Positions 14,275 through 25,032 of a stretch of 64,000 nt of DNA are shown here, one piece after another. This stretch comes from Nemertoderma westbladi (taxonomy: Eukaryota > Animalia > Xenacoelomorpha). The translations under genes were made by a program, and so were the position numbers. Every line of letters begins with the position of its first letter. Position 1 is the first letter of the stretch. A model generated the notes under the pieces. It saw nothing but the letters and a program-made list of their open reading frames with translations. It made no database searches and was not told where the DNA came from. The stretch is taken from positions 11,044 through 75,043 of the forward strand of contig JAUCBJ010006736.1 of assembly GCA_032718475.1 (NCBI GenBank), written 5' to 3'.

Positions 14275-14486
14275 CACTCCCGCCACTAAGTTGACAATGG
14301 CATAACATGTACTTGTTACAATATAAACTAATTAACAATATTTCATCAAAATAAAGCATATAAAAAAGATAATATCACCATATAACGTACTGTATAGTAT
14401 ATTTGATATTACAGATAAATAACAAAAAAATAATCCCAAATTAAATTTTCAAAATAAATTTATTCTTGTTAATTTTATATTTTATC

Positions 14487-17400
14487 TCAATCACTTTCGG
14501 TTTCGCTCTCATCATCGTAATATTTGGTAATACATTCTTTCGCACGAATCGCACTTTCACGTTTACTTACTATAGGTTTACTTTCAGTTTCATTTACTTG
14601 TATTTCTGTCGATATTGAACGAGGAATGATATCTTTGATATCCTTCATCTTACACTCTAAAGGATAGAGTCTCTTAATGGGACGTTTCGAATAACCTGCA
14701 CCAGTTTTCACAGTGACGCATCTGATGTTGCCATCAATCCCAGGGTGAATTGCGGTTATAAGTCCAAGAGGCCATTGCATACGTGGTACGTTGCCTTTAA
14801 TTGGCTTAACGATAACAACCTCTCCAATGTTAGGGATAACCAGATTCTTAGTTGTAGACCAACGATGATATTCGCGCAAACTTGTAAGATATTCCATTCT
14901 CCATCGATTGGCAAATGAACTTAATATTGTTTGTAACCATTCTTGTCGTCGTGTTAAACCATCACCATTCTCCAAATAAGTTTCATCATCTTTCATTTCA
15001 TCTATCGATTCATTGGTAATTTGACTCAAAGTGGTTACTCTATATCCACAAATAAGTTGAGATGGACTTATTGGAATAGTATCGTCTGCTCCGGAATGTA
15101 CATAGGTCAATGGACGGTCATTAATTAAAGCTTCAATTTCTGTTAACACGGTTTGCAATTCATCACGAGTTATAAGATTACAACCAAGAACTTTCTTTAA
15201 AGTTGTCTTTGTAATCCCAATGAGTCTTTCCCAAAATCCACCAAACCAGGGGGCGCCAACTGGGATGAATTGCCAGTCAATTTTCATTCTTAAGAGGAAC
15301 GATTTAATCCTATTATGGCCATGAAGTTCCGCTAAGATATTGCTAGACGCTACGAAAGTGGAAGAATTATCGCTTATCATTCGTTTCGGGGTGCCACGAC
15401 GGCTTATGAATCTACGAAATGCAAACAGAAAACTCTCTGCTGAATTATCGTTTACTAGTTCTAAGTGTACTGCACGAGTTGCAGGGCACGTAAATAATGC
15501 AATGTAGACCTTATATTTTTCATCAGTATCGCGGACGAATAGGTGGCCGGTATAATCAACTCCACAAATTGTAAATGGACGTGATGTTTCTAAACGATAC
15601 TTAGGAAGAGGAGGAAGGATTGGAGGTATATAGGGGCTTCCTTGTACCTTCCTGCATGGTACACAATGGCGAATAACTGATCCAACACGTTGTCGGATAC
15701 GTGGTATCCAATACCGTTGTCTTATATCAACAATAGTTTCTGCAATACCTGCGTGTAATCTGGAATGTGAATCGGAAATAATAAGTTCGGTTAGGAAATG
15801 TTTCGATGGAAGTAAAATCGGTAGTTTACACTCCCAAGGCAATGAGGAATATGTTATACGTCCACTGCAACGTATAATAGTATTTACTAAACAGAGATTA
15901 AGTTGTCTGACTAAGTGCGGTATTGGTCCTCTCTTGGTCTCGAGATATGAATACTCCTTTGAGTATGTTTCTCGCTGAGCATTTCGAATTAATTTCAATT
16001 CAGTGCTTACGATATCGCTTACTTGTAACGAAGGTATATCTTTCGGAAAATTAATTGGAAATTTATCAGATGGTTTTTCGCCACTCTTACTACGCCTTTT
16101 AATAGAAGATTTCACCTTTCGGATAAACTTTAACACATAAGAAAGAATATTTACATAAGAACGATAGTTATTCTTAACTAGTAGGGCTTGGAAATTTATA
16201 GTCTCATCACCAAGGCTTGTTGTCACAGTTGTAATCAAGGTTGCATCACGCATTGACTCTTCAGCACAATAACATTTGGAATTACTAATGACGGATTGGT
16301 CAGGCCAGGAATCATGGTTTGTTAACCAATCAGGTCCCTTTCTCCATAAAGTTGAGTTCAGCAGTATTTTCGCTGAGACTCCACGAGACAGAAGATCGCT
16401 AGGATTGTCATCCGTAGGTAAATGATAAAAATTTCCATTGGGAAGCAGTTTATTTACTGCATTCACTCGACTGCGCACATATTGACTATTTATATCTACT
16501 TTATTTAGCCACGTTAGAGCGATAGTACTATCTGACCACAAACACAGTTTATTTACAATGACATTATTTGCATAAGAATTTTTGCAGTATAACATCAATC
16601 TGGCACCTACAGTTATCGCTGTAAGTTCAAGTTGGGGCAATGTCGGTGACCTTTTACTCACAATTTTCAAATTGTTAGCTTTATTTTCTTTACAATTTAC
16701 AGGGGTAACTTTTGCTTTAGCCATTATTATATTTGAATCCGTACTGGATACACAATAAACAACAGCCCCATAGGCTGTAAGTGATGCGTCACAAAAAACG
16801 TGTAGATCACAATTATCTCCTACAGGTAAATAACGTTGCACAGTATAGCTCAGGGATAAATTAATATCGTTAACAATTTTACTCCACTTTGTACACAAAT
16901 TGTCAGGTAATTTATCATCCCATGCATAATTTTGTTTCCATAACGATTGAATAAAAATTCTACTAGATATAGTCACTGGGATGATAAAACCGCATGGGTC
17001 ATACACCGTAGACGAATCGCTAAGTACAGTACGTTTAGTTATATTAGAATTATCGATAGTTATAACACGATTAGGATACTGTAAAATATCTAAATCAATA
17101 TTCCAAGATAAACCAAAAATACTCGTAATATTATCTGGTTTTTTAGGTCCAAGTTTGTCACCAGAGATAATTTCTTGTAATTCGATACAATTAGACTGCC
17201 ATTCCCTCAAAGGAAAACCACCACTTTCAATAATTTTGCGACTATTATGATACATATCAATAATTTCGCTAACTGAGTTACTGCCACACATTAAATTGTC
17301 AACGTAAAGGTTACGTAATAAAATAGGCACATATTCTGCTAAATCAGTTTCTGAAAAACTTTCTATGTGATGACGTAATGTAGCGTTTAGTAAAAATGAA

Positions 17401-20051
17401 CTAGAAGTAGCACCGAAAAGAACAACTTTGAAACGATATATTTGTGATGCACTATTAATATCAGTTGGGTTTTTAAACCATAAAAATCGGAGTGCATCCC
17501 TATCAATAGTATGGAGTCTAATTTGCAAAAAAGCTTTTTCTATATCGGACAGTGCTACAAATTTATATAAACGAAAACGCAATAATAAATTTCCCATTTC
17601 ATGGTTAAGGTTTGGACCTGAATGTAAACAATCATTAAGGCTAGGGCTATTTCTACTACCTCTAGCCGAACAATCAAAAACTACACGAATGGGTGTCGTC
17701 GAAGACTGCGGTTTAGCAACCGAATGATGTGCTAAATAGTGCACAATATGTTCAGGGGGTTGATCGGGTTCAACTGTTTCAATAAACCCTCGGCTTAATT
17801 GGTCTCCGATGATTTGCCCGTAGTTAAGTAATAGGTTGGGTTTGTCTGATAAGCGTGACAGGAGACTATCCAACCGCCGTTTAGCGAGATTATAATTAGT
17901 TGGAAGCGTGGGATGTTCGCGTTTCCATGGTAACCTTGTATGGTATTTGCCGTTTTCGAATTTGATACCATTCTGGAACTCCTGAAGAATAGCATCCTCC
18001 GAGTCATCTATATTCTCGTATTGGATTCCAATTGAATCCAATGACCATAGTTTCTTAATTAAATCGTCGACGCTGTCTTCGTATGCTCCGTCATTGGAGC
18101 CGATTAATAACGTGGAAATGGCGTTGTAATTATCTGAATCCCCGTTAGGTTCAATTTTACCGGCCAACAGATTACCAAATAAGGAAGGAATAATATACAG
18201 TCCGCCAATCGTTTCACCAATTGGAATAAAGTTAAAGCATTGGTCTGACCCGATTAGTAGTGAGAAATCATTATTGGAATCGCTGCTAGTATCCGCCAGC
18301 TTAACGCCACGTTCTAGTAATTTATTGACAATATGAGTTCGTTGAGGCATGTATATGTGGACTGAGAACTCGTCTACGACAGCGGCATGTAGACGTTTCA
18401 ATCCAATTTCTGTCGATACAACGAATTCTACGATATCGTAATCCTTATAGATACCAAGTTTGTTAATTCCATCCAACCTCATGTTTATGTGACCACATAC
18501 AGTTAATTGTAGGTCATTGGCAACTTTACGAGTAAGTAATGTACGCTGTGAACCGGGGTCCATTAACGCTCGAACTTCGTAAGCTCGATTATCACCGTAG
18601 ATAATCGGTACGATAGCAGTGGGAAGGACTGTACTGCCACCGAATTGAGGACTCGTAGTGGTCATCAATGTAGCTCCGCTAATATCAACGTTGCAGTTTG
18701 CAGAGGATTGATCCAATATAGTTGCGACTGTAGAATCGGATGGGTTAGGGTTATTCGTAGTTTTATGAAAATGTAATGCCGTGTGATGACGGCGATTGCA
18801 CGATCGACATCGTTCGGAACTCCGACATTGTAAGGCTGTATGCTTTGGTCGGAGACAATTTGTACACAAACCCAATTCGTGAGAACGTTGGTTCCGACTT
18901 TCACCCGTAATATATTTATCGCAATTAATAACGGGATGTTTACCTTTACATAAATAACAATTCCACCTGGAAACGTTTCCCCCAGTGGCGAATGAACCAA
19001 CAGTTCCTTCGGGTTTGGTTATACCATAATCACTAGATTGATTATCATTAAACGATTTAAAATGTTTACTTTTGTCATTCGATTTCGATCCATTCTGTCC
19101 CGATTTTAATGTGGGTAGTTTGGCCTCCTTCTCGAGTGCTTTCAACTGTTCGATTTCTTCTTGTAACGCTACCCGTAGTTCCGGAAGATTCCATGTAGTT
19201 ACCTTAGATGCGCGATTAATGTTACTACGAACTATGGCTGGTAGTTTTCTGAGGATTATTGCTGCGTATACATAACCAGAATGTTCGATATCGTTATTCA
19301 AATTCTGAATACCTCTTATATGAGCCTCGTATTTTGCTCGAAATGAGGATAAATCGGTCGATGTTGCAGCGGGTTTCTCCAAATCAAAGATTGCATGCAT
19401 ACGTGCCTGCAGAATCAGATGCGGTTTACCATATGTTTCCTTTAGCAACACAATCGCTTCCTCGTAATCCTCATCGGTTAGTTGAAATTCCGAAATTAAT
19501 TGCAAGGCTTCTCCCTTCAGTTGGCCCTTTAAATAATCGAATTTATTTCCTCCGGATAAATCGGGTCGGTTGTGGACTGAATTCTGAAAACGGTCCCAAA
19601 AGTTGGGCCATTCTAACGCGGTGCCATCAAACAATGGAAGTTTTAGTTGTGGAAGTTTCTGGTGGAACTCCATACCGTTGCGAAGATTGGCTGAAAAACC
19701 CGTTGTATTTGCAGCCGACGTGTTGGAATTGACGTTGGATGAGGAGACGTGCATTCGACTTTCCACACGTTGTAGGATGTCGCAAATGTCTCCCATAAAA
19801 TCCGAGGCTACGGCTAGCTCGCGTTCCAAATCCGATTCGGTATCGGTATCGATTAGAAGTTCTATTTCCTCGTCAAGTTTCCCTAATTTATCACGTTGTG
19901 CACATAATTGCATATACCTTTTGGATAGGCCTACCGCTACCGGTACCTGAGCATCAGGTCTGATAAGCTCCTCGATTTCGTTAATCAGTCGCCTCGCCAA
20001 GCCACGGTGGCCTTTTCGGCGTTGATGTAGCGATTCCCACGTATCCGACAT
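14487..20051 (-). CDS. BEL/Pao gag-pol polyprotein (Gag, protease, RT, RNase H, integrase), 1854 aa
   Basis: Gag LPLFDG...FWDRF; zinc knuckles CYLCKGKH, CTNCLRPKH, CRSCNRRHH; protease LMDPGSQ; RT SDIEKAF and LYVDN; RNase H FCDAS; integrase HHCC, GVDYTG, ISDN, GGFWERL. Confidence 0.97.
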   Translation of the reverse strand: MSDTWESLHQRRKGHRGLARRLINEIEELIRPDAQVPVAVGLSKRYMQLCAQRDKLGKLDEEIELLIDTDTESDLERELAVASDFMGDICDILQRVESRMHVSSSNVNSNTSAANTTGFSANLRNGMEFHQKLPQLKLPLFDGTALEWPNFWDRFQNSVHNRPDLSGGNKFDYLKGQLKGEALQLISEFQLTDEDYEEAIVLLKETYGKPHLILQARMHAIFDLEKPAATSTDLSSFRAKYEAHIRGIQNLNNDIEHSGYVYAAIILRKLPAIVRSNINRASKVTTWNLPELRVALQEEIEQLKALEKEAKLPTLKSGQNGSKSNDKSKHFKSFNDNQSSDYGITKPEGTVGSFATGGNVSRWNCYLCKGKHPVINCDKYITGESRNQRSHELGLCTNCLRPKHTALQCRSSERCRSCNRRHHTALHFHKTTNNPNPSDSTVATILDQSSANCNVDISGATLMTTTSPQFGGSTVLPTAIVPIIYGDNRAYEVRALMDPGSQRTLLTRKVANDLQLTVCGHINMRLDGINKLGIYKDYDIVEFVVSTEIGLKRLHAAVVDEFSVHIYMPQRTHIVNKLLERGVKLADTSSDSNNDFSLLIGSDQCFNFIPIGETIGGLYIIPSLFGNLLAGKIEPNGDSDNYNAISTLLIGSNDGAYEDSVDDLIKKLWSLDSIGIQYENIDDSEDAILQEFQNGIKFENGKYHTRLPWKREHPTLPTNYNLAKRRLDSLLSRLSDKPNLLLNYGQIIGDQLSRGFIETVEPDQPPEHIVHYLAHHSVAKPQSSTTPIRVVFDCSARGSRNSPSLNDCLHSGPNLNHEMGNLLLRFRLYKFVALSDIEKAFLQIRLHTIDRDALRFLWFKNPTDINSASQIYRFKVVLFGATSSSFLLNATLRHHIESFSETDLAEYVPILLRNLYVDNLMCGSNSVSEIIDMYHNSRKIIESGGFPLREWQSNCIELQEIISGDKLGPKKPDNITSIFGLSWNIDLDILQYPNRVITIDNSNITKRTVLSDSSTVYDPCGFIIPVTISSRIFIQSLWKQNYAWDDKLPDNLCTKWSKIVNDINLSLSYTVQRYLPVGDNCDLHVFCDASLTAYGAVVYCVSSTDSNIIMAKAKVTPVNCKENKANNLKIVSKRSPTLPQLELTAITVGARLMLYCKNSYANNVIVNKLCLWSDSTIALTWLNKVDINSQYVRSRVNAVNKLLPNGNFYHLPTDDNPSDLLSRGVSAKILLNSTLWRKGPDWLTNHDSWPDQSVISNSKCYCAEESMRDATLITTVTTSLGDETINFQALLVKNNYRSYVNILSYVLKFIRKVKSSIKRRSKSGEKPSDKFPINFPKDIPSLQVSDIVSTELKLIRNAQRETYSKEYSYLETKRGPIPHLVRQLNLCLVNTIIRCSGRITYSSLPWECKLPILLPSKHFLTELIISDSHSRLHAGIAETIVDIRQRYWIPRIRQRVGSVIRHCVPCRKVQGSPYIPPILPPLPKYRLETSRPFTICGVDYTGHLFVRDTDEKYKVYIALFTCPATRAVHLELVNDNSAESFLFAFRRFISRRGTPKRMISDNSSTFVASSNILAELHGHNRIKSFLLRMKIDWQFIPVGAPWFGGFWERLIGITKTTLKKVLGCNLITRDELQTVLTEIEALINDRPLTYVHSGADDTIPISPSQLICGYRVTTLSQITNESIDEMKDDETYLENGDGLTRRQEWLQTILSSFANRWRMEYLTSLREYHRWSTTKNLVIPNIGEVVIVKPIKGNVPRMQWPLGLITAIHPGIDGNIRCVTVKTGAGYSKRPIKRLYPLECKMKDIKDIIPRSISTEIQVNETESKPIVSKRESAIRAKECITKYYDDESETESD

Positions 20052-20073
20052 CGAATTAGTGACGCTTTCACTA

Positions 20074-20090
20074 TCCGGGTCCAGGCACCA
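20074..20090 (-). promoter_or_regulatory. Primer binding site
   Basis: TGGTGCCTGGACCCGGA 3 nt after the 5' LTR; complementary to a tRNA ending GGCACCA (His/Phe-like). Confidence 0.8.
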
Positions 20091-20093
20091 AAA

Positions 20094-20432
20094 TGTCGAG
20101 AAATGGGGGCGTTTACGGTAGTGTCTTGAGGAATGTTAATCCCATGGTTTGCGTTGTGTTTCGTTGGGAAAAGAAATGTTAATTCTCTTCATAGTCATAT
20201 AAAACGTACATTTAAAATAGTAAGAGGTAGTAATTAACATTGAAGAAGTGCACAGCACACATGCAGATTGACTGACATTGTCAACTGAACGGCAGAAAAA
20301 GGCCTATACATACAGCAGAAGAGGTACCGGAACTTCCGGTGCACAATTACGGTAGCAACTACAGACTAACTGAATAAGTAGGGTATACTTATACACAATT
20401 AAAGTTATACATACAGTATAAATTTTACGACA
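20094..20432 (-). repeat. 5' LTR of BEL/Pao element
   Basis: TGTCGTAAAA...TTTCTCGACA on the minus strand, followed by the PBS. Confidence 0.95.
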
Positions 20433-20594
20433 ACTGGATGTCGTCCCGGGTATTCGCGCAAGAACAATAGATGTACAGATACGCTTATAAGCGTATCTGG
20501 TATCGTATGGGGTCGGTTGCCTACGAATTGATGTATTGACGTTTGTTCGATTGTAGTGGTATTCAATAAACATCAGGTCGATGGTGCTGACAGT

Positions 20595-20769
20595 GATTGG
20601 TGAGGTCAGAACTAAGGTTACCTCTATACAGACGACAGTTGAAGACTTCCGGATTGGTGAGGTCAGAACTAAGGTTACCTCTATACAGACGACAGTTGAA
20701 GACTTCCGGATTGGTGAGGTCAGAACCAAGGTCACCTCTATAGAGACGACAGTTGAAGACTTCCGGATG
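20595..20769. repeat. 57-bp tandem repeat, 3 copies (also at +1795 and +3590)
   Basis: GATTGGTGAGGTCAGAAC at 20595, 20652 and 20709. Confidence 0.9.
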
Positions 20770-21183
20770 GGTGGCCCCCGAGCTTGAGCTATTGCTAGTT
20801 GACTAAATGTATAGTATTAGATAATTGGAAGGGTAAAAGGTCTTCTTTCCACCCATCCAATTATCCAATTCTTAATGGCATCTTTCCGGGAGGCATGTCG
20901 TCTTACGTAAATATATAGTAGCAGTGTTTATTGAAGGCAACAAAATTATTTCCCACTAACATTTGTCCACATTAGTCTAAATTTCATCACTTTCTACTAA
21001 ATTTATTCACTCTCCACTAAATTTATTCACTTTCTACTAAATTTATTCACTTTCCACTAAATTTATTCACTTTCCACTAAATTTATTCACTTTCCACTAA
21101 ATTTATTCACTTTCCACAAAATTTATTCACTTTCCACTAAATTTATTTACTTTCCACTAAATTTATTCACTTTCCACTAAATT

Positions 21184-21415
21184 TATTGTTATTATTATTA
21201 TGACACAGCCATATTAATTACTTTTTTTTAATTTTGTGTAATTTTTAGTTTGACTTGGGAAAAATTTATACAATAGATAAATTTATTTCAGTGATCTTTA
21301 GTCGTTTCTAGTTTGATAAAACTAGAGAAGAAGCCCCTCCCACCTGGCCACCTTCCACTTTTTTCTAATATTCGTCCGAATTAGTTAATAATTTTAAATT
21401 TTTCGGATAAGTTTT
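21184..21415 (+). repeat. Inverted copy of HECTD3 3'-flanking sequence 30470-30702 (also 22979-23210 and 24774-25005)
   Basis: About 232 bp reverse-complement match; by eye about 7 substitutions and one indel; embedded in the 20-bp satellite. Confidence 0.9.
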
Positions 21416-21576
21416 CATTATTGTTCGTTGATAAGATTGTCTCACTTTACACAAAATTTATTCACTTTCCACTAAATTTATTCACATTCCACTAAATGTA
21501 TTCACTTTCCACTAAATGTATTCACTTTCCACTAATTTATTCCCTTTACACTAAATTTATTCGCTTTCTACTAAAT

Positions 21577-21846
21577 TTATTCACTTTCCATAAAATCCGA
21601 GGCTACGGCTAGCTCGCGTTCCAAATCCGATTCGGTATCGGTATCGATTAGAAGTTCTATTTCCTCGTCAAGTTTCCCTAATTTATCACGTTGTGCACAT
21701 AATTGCATATACCTTTTGGATAGGCCTACCGCTACCGGTACCTGAGCATCAGGTCTGATAAGCTCCTCGATTTCGTTAATCAGTCGCCTCGCCAAGCCAC
21801 GGTGGCCTTTTCGGCGTTGATGTAGCGATTCCCACGTATCCGACAT
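21577..21846 (-). pseudogene. Truncated BEL gag N-terminus (89 aa) behind duplicated LTR 21889-22227
   Basis: First 86 aa identical to the polyprotein; stop codon supplied by the satellite (…DFMESE*). Confidence 0.85.
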
Positions 21847-23371
21847 CGAATTAGTGACGCTTTCACTATCCGGGTCCAGGCACCAAAATGTCGAGAAATG
21901 GGGGCGTTTACGGTAGTGTCTTGAGGAATGTTAATCCCATGGTTTGCGTTGTGTTTCGTTGGGAAAAGAAATGTTAATTCTCTTCATAGTCATATAAAAC
22001 GTACATTTAAAATAGTAAGAGGTAGTAATTAACATTGAAGAAGTGCACAGCACACATGCAGATTGACTGACATTGTCAACTGAACGGCAGAAAAAGGCCT
22101 ATACATACAGCAGAAGAGGTACCGGAACTTCCGGTGCACAATTACGGTAGCAACTACAGACTAACTGAATAAGTAGGGTATACTTATACACAATTAAAGT
22201 TATACATACAGTATAAATTTTACGACAACTGGATGTCGTCCCGGGTATTCGCGCAAGAACAATAGATGTACAGATACGCTTATAAGCGTATCTGGTATCG
22301 TATGGGGTCGGTTGCCTACGAATTGATGTATTGACGTTTGTTCGATTGTAGTGGTATTCAATAAACATCAGGTCGATGGTGCTGACAGTGATTGGTGAGG
22401 TCAGAACTAAGGTTACCTCTATACAGACGACAGTTGAAGACTTCCGGATTGGTGAGGTCAGAACTAAGGTTACCTCTATACAGACGACAGTTGAAGACTT
22501 CCGGATTGGTGAGGTCAGAACCAAGGTCACCTCTATAGAGACGACAGTTGAAGACTTCCGGATGGGTGGCCCCCGAGCTTGAGCTATTGCTAGTTGACTA
22601 AATGTATAGTATTAGATAATTGGAAGGGTAAAAGGTCTTCTTTCCACCCATCCAATTATCCAATTCTTAATGGCATCTTTCCGGGAGGCATGTCGTCTTA
22701 CGTAAATATATAGTAGCAGTGTTTATTGAAGGCAACAAAATTATTTCCCACTAACATTTGTCCACATTAGTCTAAATTTCATCACTTTCTACTAAATTTA
22801 TTCACTCTCCACTAAATTTATTCACTTTCTACTAAATTTATTCACTTTCCACTAAATTTATTCACTTTCCACTAAATTTATTCACTTTCCACTAAATTTA
22901 TTCACTTTCCACAAAATTTATTCACTTTCCACTAAATTTATTTACTTTCCACTAAATTTATTCACTTTCCACTAAATTTATTGTTATTATTATTATGACA
23001 CAGCCATATTAATTACTTTTTTTTAATTTTGTGTAATTTTTAGTTTGACTTGGGAAAAATTTATACAATAGATAAATTTATTTCAGTGATCTTTAGTCGT
23101 TTCTAGTTTGATAAAACTAGAGAAGAAGCCCCTCCCACCTGGCCACCTTCCACTTTTTTCTAATATTCGTCCGAATTAGTTAATAATTTTAAATTTTTCG
23201 GATAAGTTTTCATTATTGTTCGTTGATAAGATTGTCTCACTTTACACAAAATTTATTCACTTTCCACTAAATTTATTCACATTCCACTAAATGTATTCAC
23301 TTTCCACTAAATGTATTCACTTTCCACTAATTTATTCCCTTTACACTAAATTTATTCGCTTTCTACTAAAT

Positions 23372-23641
23372 TTATTCACTTTCCATAAAATCCGAGGCTA
23401 CGGCTAGCTCGCGTTCCAAATCCGATTCGGTATCGGTATCGATTAGAAGTTCTATTTCCTCGTCAAGTTTCCCTAATTTATCACGTTGTGCACATAATTG
23501 CATATACCTTTTGGATAGGCCTACCGCTACCGGTACCTGAGCATCAGGTCTGATAAGCTCCTCGATTTCGTTAATCAGTCGCCTCGCCAAGCCACGGTGG
23601 CCTTTTCGGCGTTGATGTAGCGATTCCCACGTATCCGACAT
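23372..23641 (-). pseudogene. Truncated BEL gag N-terminus (89 aa) behind duplicated LTR 23684-24022
   Basis: Identical to 21577..21846. Confidence 0.85.
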
Positions 23642-25032
23642 CGAATTAGTGACGCTTTCACTATCCGGGTCCAGGCACCAAAATGTCGAGAAATGGGGGC
23701 GTTTACGGTAGTGTCTTGAGGAATGTTAATCCCATGGTTTGCGTTGTGTTTCGTTGGGAAAAGAAATGTTAATTCTCTTCATAGTCATATAAAACGTACA
23801 TTTAAAATAGTAAGAGGTAGTAATTAACATTGAAGAAGTGCACAGCACACATGCAGATTGACTGACATTGTCAACTGAACGGCAGAAAAAGGCCTATACA
23901 TACAGCAGAAGAGGTACCGGAACTTCCGGTGCACAATTACGGTAGCAACTACAGACTAACTGAATAAGTAGGGTATACTTATACACAATTAAAGTTATAC
24001 ATACAGTATAAATTTTACGACAACTGGATGTCGTCCCGGGTATTCGCGCAAGAACAATAGATGTACAGATACGCTTATAAGCGTATCTGGTATCGTATGG
24101 GGTCGGTTGCCTACGAATTGATGTATTGACGTTTGTTCGATTGTAGTGGTATTCAATAAACATCAGGTCGATGGTGCTGACAGTGATTGGTGAGGTCAGA
24201 ACTAAGGTTACCTCTATACAGACGACAGTTGAAGACTTCCGGATTGGTGAGGTCAGAACTAAGGTTACCTCTATACAGACGACAGTTGAAGACTTCCGGA
24301 TTGGTGAGGTCAGAACCAAGGTCACCTCTATAGAGACGACAGTTGAAGACTTCCGGATGGGTGGCCCCCGAGCTTGAGCTATTGCTAGTTGACTAAATGT
24401 ATAGTATTAGATAATTGGAAGGGTAAAAGGTCTTCTTTCCACCCATCCAATTATCCAATTCTTAATGGCATCTTTCCGGGAGGCATGTCGTCTTACGTAA
24501 ATATATAGTAGCAGTGTTTATTGAAGGCAACAAAATTATTTCCCACTAACATTTGTCCACATTAGTCTAAATTTCATCACTTTCTACTAAATTTATTCAC
24601 TCTCCACTAAATTTATTCACTTTCTACTAAATTTATTCACTTTCCACTAAATTTATTCACTTTCCACTAAATTTATTCACTTTCCACTAAATTTATTCAC
24701 TTTCCACAAAATTTATTCACTTTCCACTAAATTTATTTACTTTCCACTAAATTTATTCACTTTCCACTAAATTTATTGTTATTATTATTATGACACAGCC
24801 ATATTAATTACTTTTTTTTAATTTTGTGTAATTTTTAGTTTGACTTGGGAAAAATTTATACAATAGATAAATTTATTTCAGTGATCTTTAGTCGTTTCTA
24901 GTTTGATAAAACTAGAGAAGAAGCCCCTCCCACCTGGCCACCTTCCACTTTTTTCTAATATTCGTCCGAATTAGTTAATAATTTTAAATTTTTCGGATAA
25001 GTTTTCATTATTGTTCGTTGATAAGATTGTCT

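Larger units (their letters stand above)
13936..20432 (-). mobile_element. Full-length BEL/Pao LTR retrotransposon
   Basis: 339-bp LTRs bounded TG..CA with one visible mismatch; 5-bp TSD ACTGG at 13931-13935 and 20433-20437; PBS, PPT and a single intact polyprotein ORF. Confidence 0.97.

Noticed and set aside
20304-24377. 143-aa and 68-aa ORFs repeated three times
   Set aside because: They span 57-bp repeats and the LTR boundary, so they are by-products of repeat structure.
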